Positions 45,628 to 55,923 of a DNA stretch of 64,000 bases are shown here, piece by piece. A program made the position numbers and the translations under genes. How positions within the stretch are numbered: position 1 is the stretch's first letter; every line of letters starts with the position of its first letter. Origin of the DNA: an uncultured Candidatus Saccharibacteria bacterium (GTDB taxonomy: Bacteria; Patescibacteriota; Minisyncoccia; Phycocordibacterales; CSBR16-119); contig CAYHDV010000001.1 in NCBI GenBank assembly GCA_964355515.1, positions 26,544-90,543 on the forward strand, in the 5' to 3' direction. The notes below the pieces were generated by a model that was not told where the DNA came from, did not search any database, and was given only the letters and a program-made list of their open reading frames with translations.

Positions 45628-46179
45628 TTATACGGTCATTACTTCTACTTCTTTTTTCTGATAAATTTCTTCTAGTTTTTTGTTTGATTCATCTACTAAT
45701 TTTTGGAGATCATCTTTCAATCTCTTCATGTCATCTTCCCCCATATCTCCATCCTTTTTTTGTTTTTCTATTTCTTCGATAAAGACTTGCCTCTCTTTTC
45801 TTATGCTCACTCTAGCCTCTTCTAGCTTCCCTTTCAGAACTTTTGCAAGTTTGGCACGAGTTTCTTCGGTAAGCATGGGGAATATAACTCGAACCCCAGA
45901 GTCGCCAGATGCAGTAGAGAGTCCTAGTCCGCTATCAATAATAGCTTTTTCTACAGCTTTGATTTGTCCCTTGTCCCAAGGAGCGACAAGGAGTGTTCTA
46001 GAATCTTCGATAGAAATAGATCCTATATTTTTTATTGGTTGAGACGCCCCATACACTTCCGCATGGATAGAATCCAGAATAGCAGGACTTGCCATTCCTG
46101 TGTGTACTTGTGAATATTCTTTTTTAATCCATTCTTCAGTCCCCTGAAATGCTTGTTTCGCTTCATTTAAATTCATCAT
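45628..46179 (-). CDS. frr: Ribosome recycling factor
   Basis: TG.A.P..LD, P.LTEE.R and E.ARVSIR..R motifs. Confidence 0.95.
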   Translation of the reverse strand: MMNLNEAKQAFQGTEEWIKKEYSQVHTGMASPAILDSIHAEVYGASQPIKNIGSISIEDSRTLLVAPWDKGQIKAVEKAIIDSGLGLSTASGDSGVRVIFPMLTEETRAKLAKVLKGKLEEARVSIRKERQVFIEEIEKQKKDGDMGEDDMKRLKDDLQKLVDESNKKLEEIYQKKEVEVMTV

Positions 46180-46303
46180 ATGGGTATAAGTATACTTGGG
46201 AGAGTCCCTTTTGGCAAAGTATTCAAATGACTCAGTATAAACTGAGTCATTTGAATTTGTATTTAAAAATCTGCGAATAAGTCGCAGATTCCTTTGAAAT
46301 TTA

Positions 46304-46474
46304 CTAATATACTCTTTTTTTCTTCATCGGCAGATGTATGTTTCTATACACTGAATTTAAATCATAAAAATTAGTTCTTCCTTCTTTTCCTGGGATTGGT
46401 TGTAAATTCTCACTCACAGAACCTAAATCATAGAAGTTAATCCTCGGGCGTGGTGTTCTTGCGTGCTTTGCCAT
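46304..46474 (-). CDS. Small basic orphan with internal duplication
   Basis: RINFYDLGSVSENL and RTNFYDLNSVYRNI repeats; start at ATG 46474. Confidence 0.5.
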   Translation of the reverse strand: MAKHARTPRPRINFYDLGSVSENLQPIPGKEGRTNFYDLNSVYRNIHLPMKKKRVY

Positions 46475-46505
46475 GATATTTGATCTTTTATCTATTTTAA
46501 CATAC

Positions 46506-47156
46506 TCAAAAAACCAACGCCACATACTCCGCTATCATTTTTGCTGGGGCACCTGGATTTGATAGCATCTGACGAAGTACGGGTAGCGCTTTCAAAAGTT
46601 CTTCATATTTATTGATATTCTTTTGACTATATGTGTATTCTTCCAAATCTCGAAAGAAGCTCAGCAGAGCATCTCTTTTTTCATCTGATTCTTCAATGAT
46701 TAAAAAAGTTTTTTCTACATATGCAATTCTTTCATGAGCTGGCATATTTACAAACTTTTCTGCCTCTCTTTTTTTACTCTCACTTTGGATAGTATATGTC
46801 TGCACCCTAGAGAGAATGGTTGGAAGCAATTCCAATTCATTTGGAATTATAATAAAAAATCTTTCTCCTTCTTTTACCTCTTCTATCATTTTTAGAAGAG
46901 CATTTTGGGCTTGGGTTGTAATAAATGCCCCCGAGCAAACAATTGTCTTTTGTCCAGTTACTGATGTTTGGTTATGGAAGTCTTGAAACAAACGAATATC
47001 GTCTATCGAGATTGTTGTTTTTTCTACAAGCAAGAAATCATCTCCTGTGTGTGGAGCGCGAGCGTCAGCGAGCGCTCCTAGTAGAAAACTAAGCCCTTCT
47101 CTCTGATCTCTTGTGTAGAGAACATAACTTCCTTCTTTTAAAATATTTATATTCAT
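46506..47156 (-). CDS. DNA polymerase III delta-prime-like (HolB-like), short
   Basis: ISIDDIR, AQNALLKMIEE and LLPTILSR motifs. Confidence 0.8.
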   Translation of the reverse strand: MNINILKEGSYVLYTRDQREGLSFLLGALADARAPHTGDDFLLVEKTTISIDDIRLFQDFHNQTSVTGQKTIVCSGAFITTQAQNALLKMIEEVKEGERFFIIIPNELELLPTILSRVQTYTIQSESKKREAEKFVNMPAHERIAYVEKTFLIIEESDEKRDALLSFFRDLEEYTYSQKNINKYEELLKALPVLRQMLSNPGAPAKMIAEYVALVF

Positions 47157-47170
47157 TTTATATTCTAGTT

Positions 47171-47195
47171 TTTTCAGAGGTTGAACCTCTGAAAA
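47171..47195. repeat. REP-like palindrome TTTTCAGAGGTTGAACCTCTGAAAA
   Basis: Abuts the mreB stop codon; same family as 23747-23765. Confidence 0.8.
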
Positions 47196-48209
47196 TCATC
47201 TTTTTGAAATAATGGATCTCTTGTATGTATCTAAGTGCTCAAGCGCAGCCCCAAGACCTTTTGCCACACAATATTCAGCATCATCAGCGAGTCGTGCCTT
47301 TACTCCAGTTTTCCTATACACAAGCTCCGGAAGATTTCGAAGTAGTGATGACCCACCTGTCATAATAATTCCCTGATCAATAATATCAGATGCCAATTCT
47401 GGAGGAGTCTCCTGCAAGACATCTTTGATAGCTCGAACGATAGCTTTTAGCTCCACATCAAGAGCCTTTACAATTTCATTTGTAGAAACCTGAGCGGTAC
47501 GAGGAAGACCTTGGATGAAGTCCCGACCCTTGATAGTTGTAGTCAGCTCTTCTTCCATATTTACAGCTGAACCAATTTTAATTTTTATATCTTCAGCAGT
47601 TTTGTCTCCAATAGCCAAGTTGAAAGTCTTTTTTATATAATCAGCAATAGCATGGTCTATCTTGTCCCCCGCCACCTTTACAGAAGTACATGCCACAATT
47701 CCCCCTAGAGAAATCACGGCCACGTCTGTTGTCCCCCCACCAATGTCCACTATCATATGCCCCCGTGCGTCATTTATAGGAATCCCTGCTCCAATAGCAG
47801 CAAGTACTGGCTCTTTCACAACAGAAGCTGACCTTGCTCCAGCTTTGATTGCCGCCTCCACTACAGCCCGCCTTTCAGTTGAAGTCACACCAGCTGGAAC
47901 AGATATCATTACATCTGGTTTAAAAAGTGAAAACTTCCCCAACACTTTATTCATAAAATACCTCAGCATTGCCTCTGTTACTCGATAATCAGCAATAACC
48001 CCATTTCTCATGGGACGATAAGCCACAATATTTTCTGGAGTTCGCCCTATCATATCTTTTGCCTCAATCCCAATAGCAAGAACCCTTTTATCATCCTCAG
48101 AAACAGCCACTACAGATGGTTCATTCAAAACAACCCCTCGCCCAGGCTCAAATACCAGAACATTCACTGTTCCAAGATCAATCCCTAGTTTTTTCGAGAA
48201 AAATGCCAT
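47196..48209 (-). CDS. mreB: Rod-shape determining protein MreB
   Basis: GIDLGT, EPSVVA, GVIAD, DIGGGTT and TGG motifs. Confidence 0.97.
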   Translation of the reverse strand: MAFFSKKLGIDLGTVNVLVFEPGRGVVLNEPSVVAVSEDDKRVLAIGIEAKDMIGRTPENIVAYRPMRNGVIADYRVTEAMLRYFMNKVLGKFSLFKPDVMISVPAGVTSTERRAVVEAAIKAGARSASVVKEPVLAAIGAGIPINDARGHMIVDIGGGTTDVAVISLGGIVACTSVKVAGDKIDHAIADYIKKTFNLAIGDKTAEDIKIKIGSAVNMEEELTTTIKGRDFIQGLPRTAQVSTNEIVKALDVELKAIVRAIKDVLQETPPELASDIIDQGIIMTGGSSLLRNLPELVYRKTGVKARLADDAEYCVAKGLGAALEHLDTYKRSIISKR

Positions 48210-48304
48210 ACAGGGCGATTATAGCATAGTCTACATGGTTTTAAATCTTGTCATTTTTATAGCACAGGGTACAAAAAACCACCCATTCTAGGGTGGCTCT
48301 CTAT

Positions 48305-48751
48305 TCACCTTCTCATTCTTTTTGTTTTAATGTCTCCTCTTCCACACCAGAAACGATCCATTGCCCTAAGGAGTTTCCCTGGCCGCCTTTTTACTGGCAA
48401 CATCTCCTTGCTATTAAGGAACATGTTTGTCTGGACTCTCCCAACAAGGGCATAATTTGAGAGCGCACTTTCTTTCGTAAAGAAATATATGTTTCTCTCG
48501 TAAAAAATAGGAACGAGGCCGTGGAATCCTTTGACCACCCTTTCATCTTTTTCCTCTGTTTTGGAAAAAGTAAAGTTGCAGGAAAGAAGTTCTCCATTGA
48601 AAAATTTTCTCGAACCATAACCCTTCTCCCTGTCATTCTCATTTGAGAAAAGAAAGCGACTGTTGTAGTTCAAGATTAGCGCAAGCTCGGTCTCGAAATT
48701 GAAATTTTCAAATCGCAAGCCTGCAAAGGAATTTGTAACAGGTGTTATCAT
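48305..48751 (-). CDS. Hypothetical protein
   Basis: 148 aa; TTGCAT-17-TAATTT promoter and terminator. Confidence 0.55.
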   Translation of the reverse strand: MITPVTNSFAGLRFENFNFETELALILNYNSRFLFSNENDREKGYGSRKFFNGELLSCNFTFSKTEEKDERVVKGFHGLVPIFYERNIYFFTKESALSNYALVGRVQTNMFLNSKEMLPVKRRPGKLLRAMDRFWCGRGDIKTKRMRR

Positions 48752-48855
48752 TTTTGTACATTTATATTTACCCGCAAATTACCACAAAATTACAATTTAT
48801 GCAAATAAAAAGCCCTGGCTATATAGCGGGCTTTCAATTGTTAGACGTTATTATC

Positions 48856-49041
48856 TCAGCGTATAATGATAGTACGAAGCAGTTCTCTTTGCCTGGATTC
48901 TTCTAACTGGAGTTTGTCCTGATATTTCTCAAGTTCTCTTTCGGCATGTTCCACAATAGCTTCCATGTCCTTGTCCTCTTGAGAAAAGTCTGGACCACGC
49001 CCTTCTGCTTCTTCAAAAATTAGGTCTTTCTTGCTTTTCAT
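48856..49041 (-). CDS. Small charged coiled-coil hypothetical protein
   Basis: 61-aa ORF with A-rich leader. Confidence 0.5.
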   Translation of the reverse strand: MKSKKDLIFEEAEGRGPDFSQEDKDMEAIVEHAERELEKYQDKLQLEESRQRELLRTIIIR

Positions 49042-49112
49042 TTTGTTCTTTTTTTAATTTATGTTGACTGTATCACATTTCGATTTAAAAACCACTATGA
49101 ATAAAAATCACC

Positions 49113-49469
49113 TTAAACAAAGGTGATTTTTTTACTATAGGGAACCAAGATTGGATCGTCCTTTCCGAGAGGGAGAAATGGATCACCCTTTGTCCTCTTG
49201 TGGTCGATCTTTCCTTTGGGAATATAGACTCTTTCCGCTGCCGGAAGAAGAAAAAAGATGAAATCTTCGGTCATTACTGGCACGTAGCTACACTTTACAG
49301 GAAGTGTCTCATCTACTATTACTTGAAAATTCATTTCTCGAGGTTTCCCAATGATATGTGGTGCTTCGCCCAATAGTATCCTAGAGTTTTGTTCTGAGAT
49401 TACTAAAAGATCTACAGAAAATTTGCTCACTCCTGGATTGCTCTCTGGTATATAAATCTTTTTGCCCAT
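49113..49469 (-). CDS. Hypothetical protein
   Basis: 118-aa ORF with A-rich leader. Confidence 0.55.
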   Translation of the reverse strand: MGKKIYIPESNPGVSKFSVDLLVISEQNSRILLGEAPHIIGKPREMNFQVIVDETLPVKCSYVPVMTEDFIFFLLPAAERVYIPKGKIDHKRTKGDPFLPLGKDDPILVPYSKKITFV

Positions 49470-49541
49470 TATTCTGTTTTTTAGTTTTTTATATTTCTAC
49501 CACACAACAACCCACAAATCAATCCCTCGCCCGAAGTTGTT

Positions 49542-49581
49542 CCCCCTCTCCTGGCCAGAAGTGAGGTTGGGGTGAGGTCGC
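49542..49581. repeat. REP-like element CCCCCTCTC...GGGGTGAGGTCGC (uninterrupted)
   Basis: Same length and ends as the host element inside truB. Confidence 0.75.
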
Positions 49582-49628
49582 CACAAACCACCTTTCTTTG
49601 AAACTCAATTTTCATATATACTAAATAC

Positions 49629-51518
49629 ATGAAAGTTATCTCAGTAATTCCAATTATAAAAGGACCCCTCCAAAAAGAACTCACTTATTTCTCGTCAAAA
49701 AATATCGATGTTGGCGATATTGTTTCTGTTCTAGTAAGGAAAAAAGAAGTTTTGGCGCTTGCAACTCATGTCACAGATCTAGCTTCACAAAAAACTGCAA
49801 TCCGCGGAAGTGATTTTGAATTAAAAAAAATCATCACCATACACTCCAAAAATCTTCTAGACACTGGTTTTATTGAAGCAGTACGAAAAACAGCCGAATA
49901 CCATGTGCTCAGCGTCGGAGCTACACTCTTTCGCTTGATTCCCCAATCAATACTTGGTAAATCAGTGCCTAATAATAAAACCGAAGTCAATCCAAATCCC
50001 TCCATAACATCAGAAATTCTTGCATACCAAGCTTCGTCTGAAGACAGGCTTAGTTTTTATCGAACATATATTCGTGAATGTTTTGCGAAGAAGACATCTC
50101 TGTTTATCTGTCTTCCCACTTCAAAAGAAGCAGAGGACTATGCAGAAATTTTATCAAAAGGCATAGAACAATATCTCTTCTTACTTCATGGAGATCTTTC
50201 TCCAAAAAATCTTCTAACTACAGAAAAGATGATTGTAGGTGAACAGCACCCAATTGTCGTCATTGGGACTCCTCAGTTTCTCTACAGACTAACAAACAAT
50301 ACCGGAGCAATAATCCTCGAACATGAAAGCTCCCCACTTTATAAAACTTTTGTAGAACCCTTTTTTGATATCCGGACATTTGTAAGATTTCTTGCAGAAA
50401 AAAAGAAAATCACACTTATTCTTGCTGATACGATACTCCAAACCGAAACCATATGGGAAGTAAAAGAGGGTCTTCTCGAAACTCTAATGCCTCTTAATTT
50501 TCGTTTTCATGAGAAAAACAATCGCCTCCTAATAGATTCAAAAGATATACCGGAGGGCGCTTCTTGGTCACCTATCACTCCTCAACTACTTGAGATAATA
50601 AAAACCTCTATAGAAAATAAAAAAAGAGTTTTTCTTTTTACCCTCAGAAAGGGGCTTGCTCCCTTTACTGTTTGTAATGATTGCAAAAAAACACTTCTCT
50701 GCAAAACATGTGAGACTCCCCTCACCCTATACAAACAAAAAAACAAAGAAGAGAGGATTTTCGTTTGTAATACTTGCAAGGATATCACCGAGACTCTCCA
50801 GACTTGTCCATACTGCAATAGCTGGAATCTAAAACCGCTCGGTATTGGCACCGAGCACGTGGAAGAATATATTAGAAAACAAATCCCTGAGTCTCACATA
50901 TTTGTACTAGACCAAACAACAGCAACAACAAAAAACCAAGCGAAAAAAATTATTCGTGACTTTGAGTCTACACCCGGAGGAATCCTAATCGGGACAGAAA
51001 TGACTCTCCACTACGATCTCAAAAAAATACCCACAGTTGCAGTGACCTCTTTTGATTCACTCTTCGGAATTCCAAGTTTTCGAATTCACGAAAGAATACT
51101 CCATCTACTGATTCATCTAGAAAACATCTCAGAAGAAGCTTTCATCGTACAAACAAAAAATATCCAAAGCCCAATTCTTCAGAGTTTCGATGATAAGACT
51201 TTTATTCAATACTACAACAATGAAATAAAAGAAAGAGAATCTTTTTCTTACCCTCCTTTCACCACACTTATAAAAATAATCCCCGATGCCAAAACTTCAA
51301 AAGTTGAAATCAAAAAAATAGCCGAAGAATTTTTCGGAGAATACAAACCAAACCTTTTTACAACAACATACAAAAAAACAAAAGTCCCTGCCATTTTACT
51401 CAAAATACCTCGAGAGAAATGGAACCCGAACACCAAACAGCTCGATGAAAAATTAAAAAACTCTTTGTTTGGGCTCCCTCTCACCTGGACAATCCAAGTC
51501 GACCCAGAACAAACATAA
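49629..51518 (+). CDS. priA: Primosomal protein N' with degenerate helicase motifs
   Basis: Cys-rich region CNDC/CKTC/CNTC/CPYC, G.GTE, YPPF and C-terminal VDP; no Walker A or DEAH. Confidence 0.85.
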   Translation: MKVISVIPIIKGPLQKELTYFSSKNIDVGDIVSVLVRKKEVLALATHVTDLASQKTAIRGSDFELKKIITIHSKNLLDTGFIEAVRKTAEYHVLSVGATLFRLIPQSILGKSVPNNKTEVNPNPSITSEILAYQASSEDRLSFYRTYIRECFAKKTSLFICLPTSKEAEDYAEILSKGIEQYLFLLHGDLSPKNLLTTEKMIVGEQHPIVVIGTPQFLYRLTNNTGAIILEHESSPLYKTFVEPFFDIRTFVRFLAEKKKITLILADTILQTETIWEVKEGLLETLMPLNFRFHEKNNRLLIDSKDIPEGASWSPITPQLLEIIKTSIENKKRVFLFTLRKGLAPFTVCNDCKKTLLCKTCETPLTLYKQKNKEERIFVCNTCKDITETLQTCPYCNSWNLKPLGIGTEHVEEYIRKQIPESHIFVLDQTTATTKNQAKKIIRDFESTPGGILIGTEMTLHYDLKKIPTVAVTSFDSLFGIPSFRIHERILHLLIHLENISEEAFIVQTKNIQSPILQSFDDKTFIQYYNNEIKERESFSYPPFTTLIKIIPDAKTSKVEIKKIAEEFFGEYKPNLFTTTYKKTKVPAILLKIPREKWNPNTKQLDEKLKNSLFGLPLTWTIQVDPEQT

Positions 51519-51535
51519 ATCAAAACACCCAGTGA

Positions 51536-51925
51536 TTACTGGGTGTTTGTGCTGAAACAGCATTCTTTGCTTCTAACAAAGTAAGGAACTACTTCAATCA
51601 GATGCTCTTCTGGATCATCAGAAAGATGATGGAATCCCTTTTTTCTCAAGCAAGACTTGATTGTTTCTCCTATTTCTTTGCAGAAACGATGAATTACTTC
51701 ATCTGTCCTTTCAGGCTGAGGATACAACCCATGGACGAAAACTATTATCTCATCTGGGTTGTTTACTCGTTCCATTTGGTTTAGAGTAAAAAATACTTTT
51801 ATCTGATCTTCCGTAATATTCATCTCCTTTACTTTACCAGCAACTTTTGTCAGTTCATATCGAATCTCAAAAAGTTGATCTGGCCTTGCCTCATGACTGA
51901 TACCGAAAACTTCGAATAATGGCAT
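51536..51925 (-). CDS. Tautomerase/MIF-like protein
   Basis: N-terminal Pro2; I.V.V.GL...PERT.E pattern. Confidence 0.5.
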   Translation of the reverse strand: MPLFEVFGISHEARPDQLFEIRYELTKVAGKVKEMNITEDQIKVFFTLNQMERVNNPDEIIVFVHGLYPQPERTDEVIHRFCKEIGETIKSCLRKKGFHHLSDDPEEHLIEVVPYFVRSKECCFSTNTQ

Positions 51926-52010
51926 GTCTATTTGTTTTTTTAGTTTTTCTAAAACTAAACCTTTATTCTGTTTTTGTCAATATCTTTATTTTTTTATATA
52001 AAAAAAGGCC

Positions 52011-52400
52011 TCACACGAGGCCCTTTAATTCTGAATTTTTCTCTATTTTATTTTTTTGCTTCAGGTGGTGAATCCCTGCAAAATCCTTGTGCTCTTTCTC
52101 AGGAAGCATTCTCTGCAAGACTTGAACCCCTGGAACTAGCCTAGAATTCAAAAGGATGTCTTTCGCATCAGCGAAGATGGGGTAAAAACCTTTTGTCTTG
52201 ATTGTGTTTCCCTGACTATCCACAGCACAAATCATTTTGTTTATCATCTCTGGAGTAATCAGACGACCATGCAAGTCATATGCAGTTTCGCCTTTTCTCT
52301 TTGAAAACCAACCACATAGTTTGTAGGTAGCATCATCTCCATTTCCGACAAATACTTCCCCCGTCCTTCTCTCGGGGTGAGTTTGATTAAAATCCGACAT
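52011..52400 (-). CDS. Hypothetical protein
   Basis: 129 aa; TTGATT-17-TATTCT promoter. Confidence 0.55.
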   Translation of the reverse strand: MSDFNQTHPERRTGEVFVGNGDDATYKLCGWFSKRKGETAYDLHGRLITPEMINKMICAVDSQGNTIKTKGFYPIFADAKDILLNSRLVPGVQVLQRMLPEKEHKDFAGIHHLKQKNKIEKNSELKGLV

Positions 52401-52536
52401 ATCTTCAGTATATTTTTGTGTTCTTTTGTATTTTAGAATATGTTATCTGTGCCGAGAAATCAAGTCTTTTACACATCCCCTTTGGCCTATATACTACTTG
52501 CCTTTTAAAAGGCCTCATGTTATCCTGTGTGAACTT

Positions 52537-52770
52537 ATGTCAAAAAATAAAACCATTACAAATATTGTAAGAAAAGGGACAGAAAATGGCGCTAGCGTAT
52601 TGCGACGTTTTTCAAAACGAATGCGAGATATGGGAATCGTGCGAGAAATCAAAGACCAGAGATACCACAGCAGATTACTTTCTCCTCTAAAGATGAAAGA
52701 ACAAGCCCTAAGAAGAATCGAAAAAATAAAAGAAGTTGAACTTCTAAAGAAACTAGGAAAAATGAAGTAA
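52537..52770 (+). CDS. rpsU: 30S ribosomal protein S21-like
   Basis: V.K..E....LRRFSKR....GI..E.K..RY; start at ATG 52537. Confidence 0.75.
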   Translation: MSKNKTITNIVRKGTENGASVLRRFSKRMRDMGIVREIKDQRYHSRLLSPLKMKEQALRRIEKIKEVELLKKLGKMK

Positions 52771-52836
52771 GAAAATATCACCGGCATATCTGTCGGTGAT
52801 ATTTTTATCTTCCACAACTACTGATACAATATCTAT

Positions 52837-53235
52837 ATGCAACATTTAGAAAAAGACAACTTAGAAATCACAAGACAGACAAAAGGGCCACTACCTGATC
52901 TTCCTTTTGTTGAAGCCAAGAATCTTATACTGGGAAAAGCTTACAATCTTTCTTTAGCTTTTGTAGATATCAAACAAATGAAAGAATTATCCAAAACTCA
53001 CAAAGGAAATGAGAATCATCTCAATACTCTGGCCTTCCCTCTTGATACAAAATCTGGAGAAATAATTATGAATCTCCAAACAATCAGATCCCAAGCAAAG
53101 GACTACGGGAAAACATACAGAGAACTTCTCTTATTTTTCTTTGTTCATAGCTCTCTTCATTTAAAAGGTTACAAGCACGGAAAAGAAATGGAAAGCCTAG
53201 AAGAAAAATATTTTAATCATTTCCTTCATAAATAG
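52837..53235 (+). CDS. ybeY: rRNA maturation endoribonuclease YbeY
   Basis: LAFP, GEII and HSSLHLKGYKH motifs. Confidence 0.9.
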   Translation: MQHLEKDNLEITRQTKGPLPDLPFVEAKNLILGKAYNLSLAFVDIKQMKELSKTHKGNENHLNTLAFPLDTKSGEIIMNLQTIRSQAKDYGKTYRELLLFFFVHSSLHLKGYKHGKEMESLEEKYFNHFLHK

Positions 53236-53271
53236 AAAAAGCATCGAAATAGATGCTTTCCCCTTGAAACT

Positions 53272-53361
53272 TTATAACCTGAAAACTTCAGGGTTATGTC
53301 TTACGGCATGGACCAAAATCGTTATCAGTGAGCCCAGAAAAACTAAAAAACCTACGACCAT
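53272..53361 (-). CDS. 29-aa single-TM peptide (not in the ORF track)
   Basis: MVVGFLVFLGSLITILVHAVRHNPEVFRL; promoter TTGACA-17-TATCAT and downstream hairpin. Confidence 0.45.
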   Translation of the reverse strand: MVVGFLVFLGSLITILVHAVRHNPEVFRL

Positions 53362-53479
53362 GACTTCTTTGAACTTTATTTAAATGAAATGATATTCAAT
53401 CAGAGAAGGATTGTCAAACCAAATGAGTAATTCACAATGTCTTCCCAGAATATTTTTAAAAAAGTGTTATATTAAAAGC

Positions 53480-54646
53480 ATGAAACGAAGATTATCTGTC
53501 GGCTTAGATATTGGCACAAGCTCAACAAAAGTTGTGGTGGTGGAGCATGGCAAAGATGGCACCTTCCATATTCTAGGATCAACCAAAACAGAGACTCGTG
53601 GTATGAAGCAGGGTTACCCAACTGATTTGTCAGATATTACAAAAACAGTTAGGGAGACAATTGAAGATGTCGAAAGAAAAGTTGGTCAAAAAATCCAACA
53701 TGTGACATTGTCTATTGGAGGAATTGCTCTTGAGAGTATGACCTCTTCTGGTGGGGCTATTATTTCAAGGGCCGACAACGAGATAACCGAACTCGATGTA
53801 GAAAAATCAATTACAAATTCTCTTTCATCTCTTAATCAAGCAAACAAAAAAATTCTTCATGAAATTCCTATAGAATACAGAATTGATGGAGATCCTGTGT
53901 ATGGCGACCCTATTGGTATGAAAGGACTCCGCCTCGATACAAAAACACTTTTTATAACAACCCTCGACCGTCATTACAACAATCTTATCCAAGCAGTAGA
54001 ATCAGCTGGTTTGATTGTGGATGATGTCTTGGCTAGCCCACTTGCCACAAGCCTCTCAGTATTGAGTGAACGCCAGAAAAATGCCGGATGTATACTCATC
54101 GACATTGGACAAGAAATAGTCACAACATCCATTTTTGAAAATGGAAATATTGTAGCTATAAAAACTTTTTCTGTTGGAGGTGGCCACATCACAAACGACA
54201 TTGCGCTTGGATTACAAATCCCGCTTGAAGATGCAGAACTCCTAAAGACTGGACATATCATAGGAAATTTCCCAAAAAAGAAATTAGAAGAAATAATAGA
54301 AGCGAGGCTTGCGGATATATTTGAACTTATCCAAAAATATCTAAAGAGAATCGGCAGGCACCAACTTCTACCAGCAGGAGCAATTATTGTGGGAGGTGGA
54401 TCTGCAATTGATCTTATTGAAGAGTTAGCAAAAAAGACTTTAAAGATACCTATCAGGATAGGCCAAGCAAAATCTGTCCTCCCCCACAAAACAATGCGCC
54501 AAGACCCAGCCTGGTTTACTGCTCTTGGTCTTTGTATTGCTGACCGTTTCGGAGGAAAGGGAAACACTTCCACAAACCCAGCTCTAGAGTTTCTCAATCC
54601 TATCAAAAAATTCTTCAAAGAGCTTATCAACCAATTAATGCCCTAA
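53480..54646 (+). CDS. ftsA: Cell division protein FtsA
   Basis: GLDIGT, DIG and GG.HITNDIA motifs; upstream of ftsZ; start at ATG 53480. Confidence 0.95.
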   Translation: MKRRLSVGLDIGTSSTKVVVVEHGKDGTFHILGSTKTETRGMKQGYPTDLSDITKTVRETIEDVERKVGQKIQHVTLSIGGIALESMTSSGGAIISRADNEITELDVEKSITNSLSSLNQANKKILHEIPIEYRIDGDPVYGDPIGMKGLRLDTKTLFITTLDRHYNNLIQAVESAGLIVDDVLASPLATSLSVLSERQKNAGCILIDIGQEIVTTSIFENGNIVAIKTFSVGGGHITNDIALGLQIPLEDAELLKTGHIIGNFPKKKLEEIIEARLADIFELIQKYLKRIGRHQLLPAGAIIVGGGSAIDLIEELAKKTLKIPIRIGQAKSVLPHKTMRQDPAWFTALGLCIADRFGGKGNTSTNPALEFLNPIKKFFKELINQLMP

Positions 54647-54723
54647 TATTCGTAGTTATTGTAATTTATAGCCATTATCTGCTATGATAAGTCTACTTAG
54701 AAATAAACCGTTTTATAACCCAT

Positions 54724-55887
54724 ATGCCAAAAATTAACCCAGATATTCAATCATTTGCTCGAATCAAAGTAATCGGAATCGGAGGATCCGGAGGAAATGC
54801 CCTAAACCACATGATCACTGAAAAAGTAAGTGGTGTGGAATTTATTGCAATGAATACAGATACTCAGGATTTGCATAAATCAAAAGCTGAGAAAAAAATC
54901 CACCTTGGTAAAAATCTTACCAAAGGTCTAGGAGCGGGTATGAATCCAGAAGTTGGACGAAAAGCCGCTGATGAAACAAAAGCAGAAATCCAAGATGTTA
55001 TCAAAGGGTCAGACATGGTCTTCATCGCTTGTGGTATGGGAGGAGGAACAGGTACAGGTGCCGCTCCAATAGTAGCTCGAGCTGCCAAAGAACAAGGAAT
55101 ACTCACCGTCGCTGTGACCACTCGACCTTTCTTCTTTGAAGGGCAACAGAGGTTAAAAATTTCTCTTGCGGGAATAAAAGAACTCGAAAAAGAAGTGGAT
55201 GCTATTATCACTGTTCCAAATGACAGACTTCTTTCTATAACAGATGAAGACACCACTTTTGACAACGCCTTTGCTATGTCAGACGAAGTCCTAAGACAAG
55301 CTGTGGAAGGAATTTCAGATTTGATCACAACACCAGGGAAAATCAACGTAGACTTTGCCGATATAAAGGCGATCATGTCAGACGCTGGTTCTGCTCTTAT
55401 GGGTATTGGATATGCCTCAGGTGAAGGACGGGCAGAAAAGGCCGCTCTAGAAGCTATCAACTCCCCTCTTCTTGAGGTTTCTATCTCTGGAGCAAAGGGA
55501 GTGCTGTTTGCAATATCAGGTGGAGCTGACCTAGGAATCCAAGAAGTAAACAAAGCTGCAAAAATAATTACAGAAAACATCGACAAAGATGCTAAAGTAA
55601 TTTTCGGTACTATAAAAGATGACAAGCTAAAGAAAGGAGAAATCAAAGTTACAGTTATAGCCACAGGTTTCCCAGAAAATGCACCCAAGAAATCAATCTT
55701 CTCTGCTCAAGTTCAAGCTGAATCAAACAGAGAAAAAGAGGTTGAGCTTCCAGAACAACTAAAAGAAGTAGACCGACCAAAACTAGAAAAAGCTCCCATC
55801 CCAAACATCACACTAGATGACACAGACAGTGACGATGAGGAAGAAGATTGGAACGCTATCCCAGCATTTCTCCGAAGAAAGAAATAG
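54724..55887 (+). CDS. ftsZ: Cell division protein FtsZ
   Basis: GGGTGTG signature, NVDFAD and C-terminal IPAFLR. Confidence 0.99.
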   Translation: MPKINPDIQSFARIKVIGIGGSGGNALNHMITEKVSGVEFIAMNTDTQDLHKSKAEKKIHLGKNLTKGLGAGMNPEVGRKAADETKAEIQDVIKGSDMVFIACGMGGGTGTGAAPIVARAAKEQGILTVAVTTRPFFFEGQQRLKISLAGIKELEKEVDAIITVPNDRLLSITDEDTTFDNAFAMSDEVLRQAVEGISDLITTPGKINVDFADIKAIMSDAGSALMGIGYASGEGRAEKAALEAINSPLLEVSISGAKGVLFAISGGADLGIQEVNKAAKIITENIDKDAKVIFGTIKDDKLKKGEIKVTVIATGFPENAPKKSIFSAQVQAESNREKEVELPEQLKEVDRPKLEKAPIPNITLDDTDSDDEEEDWNAIPAFLRRKK

Positions 55888-55892
55888 AAAAT

Positions 55893-55923
55893 AAAAAAGC
55901 CACGATCAAGTCGTGGCTTTTTT
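55893..55923. terminator. Bidirectional terminator
   Basis: AAAAAAGCCACGA-TCAAG-TCGTGGCTTTTTT. Confidence 0.85.

Noticed and set aside
49027-49039. TTTCTTGCTTTTC match to the VR 3' end (also near 31848) as a remote DGR target
   Set aside because: Only 13 bp, antisense to the genes there, with no flanking homology.
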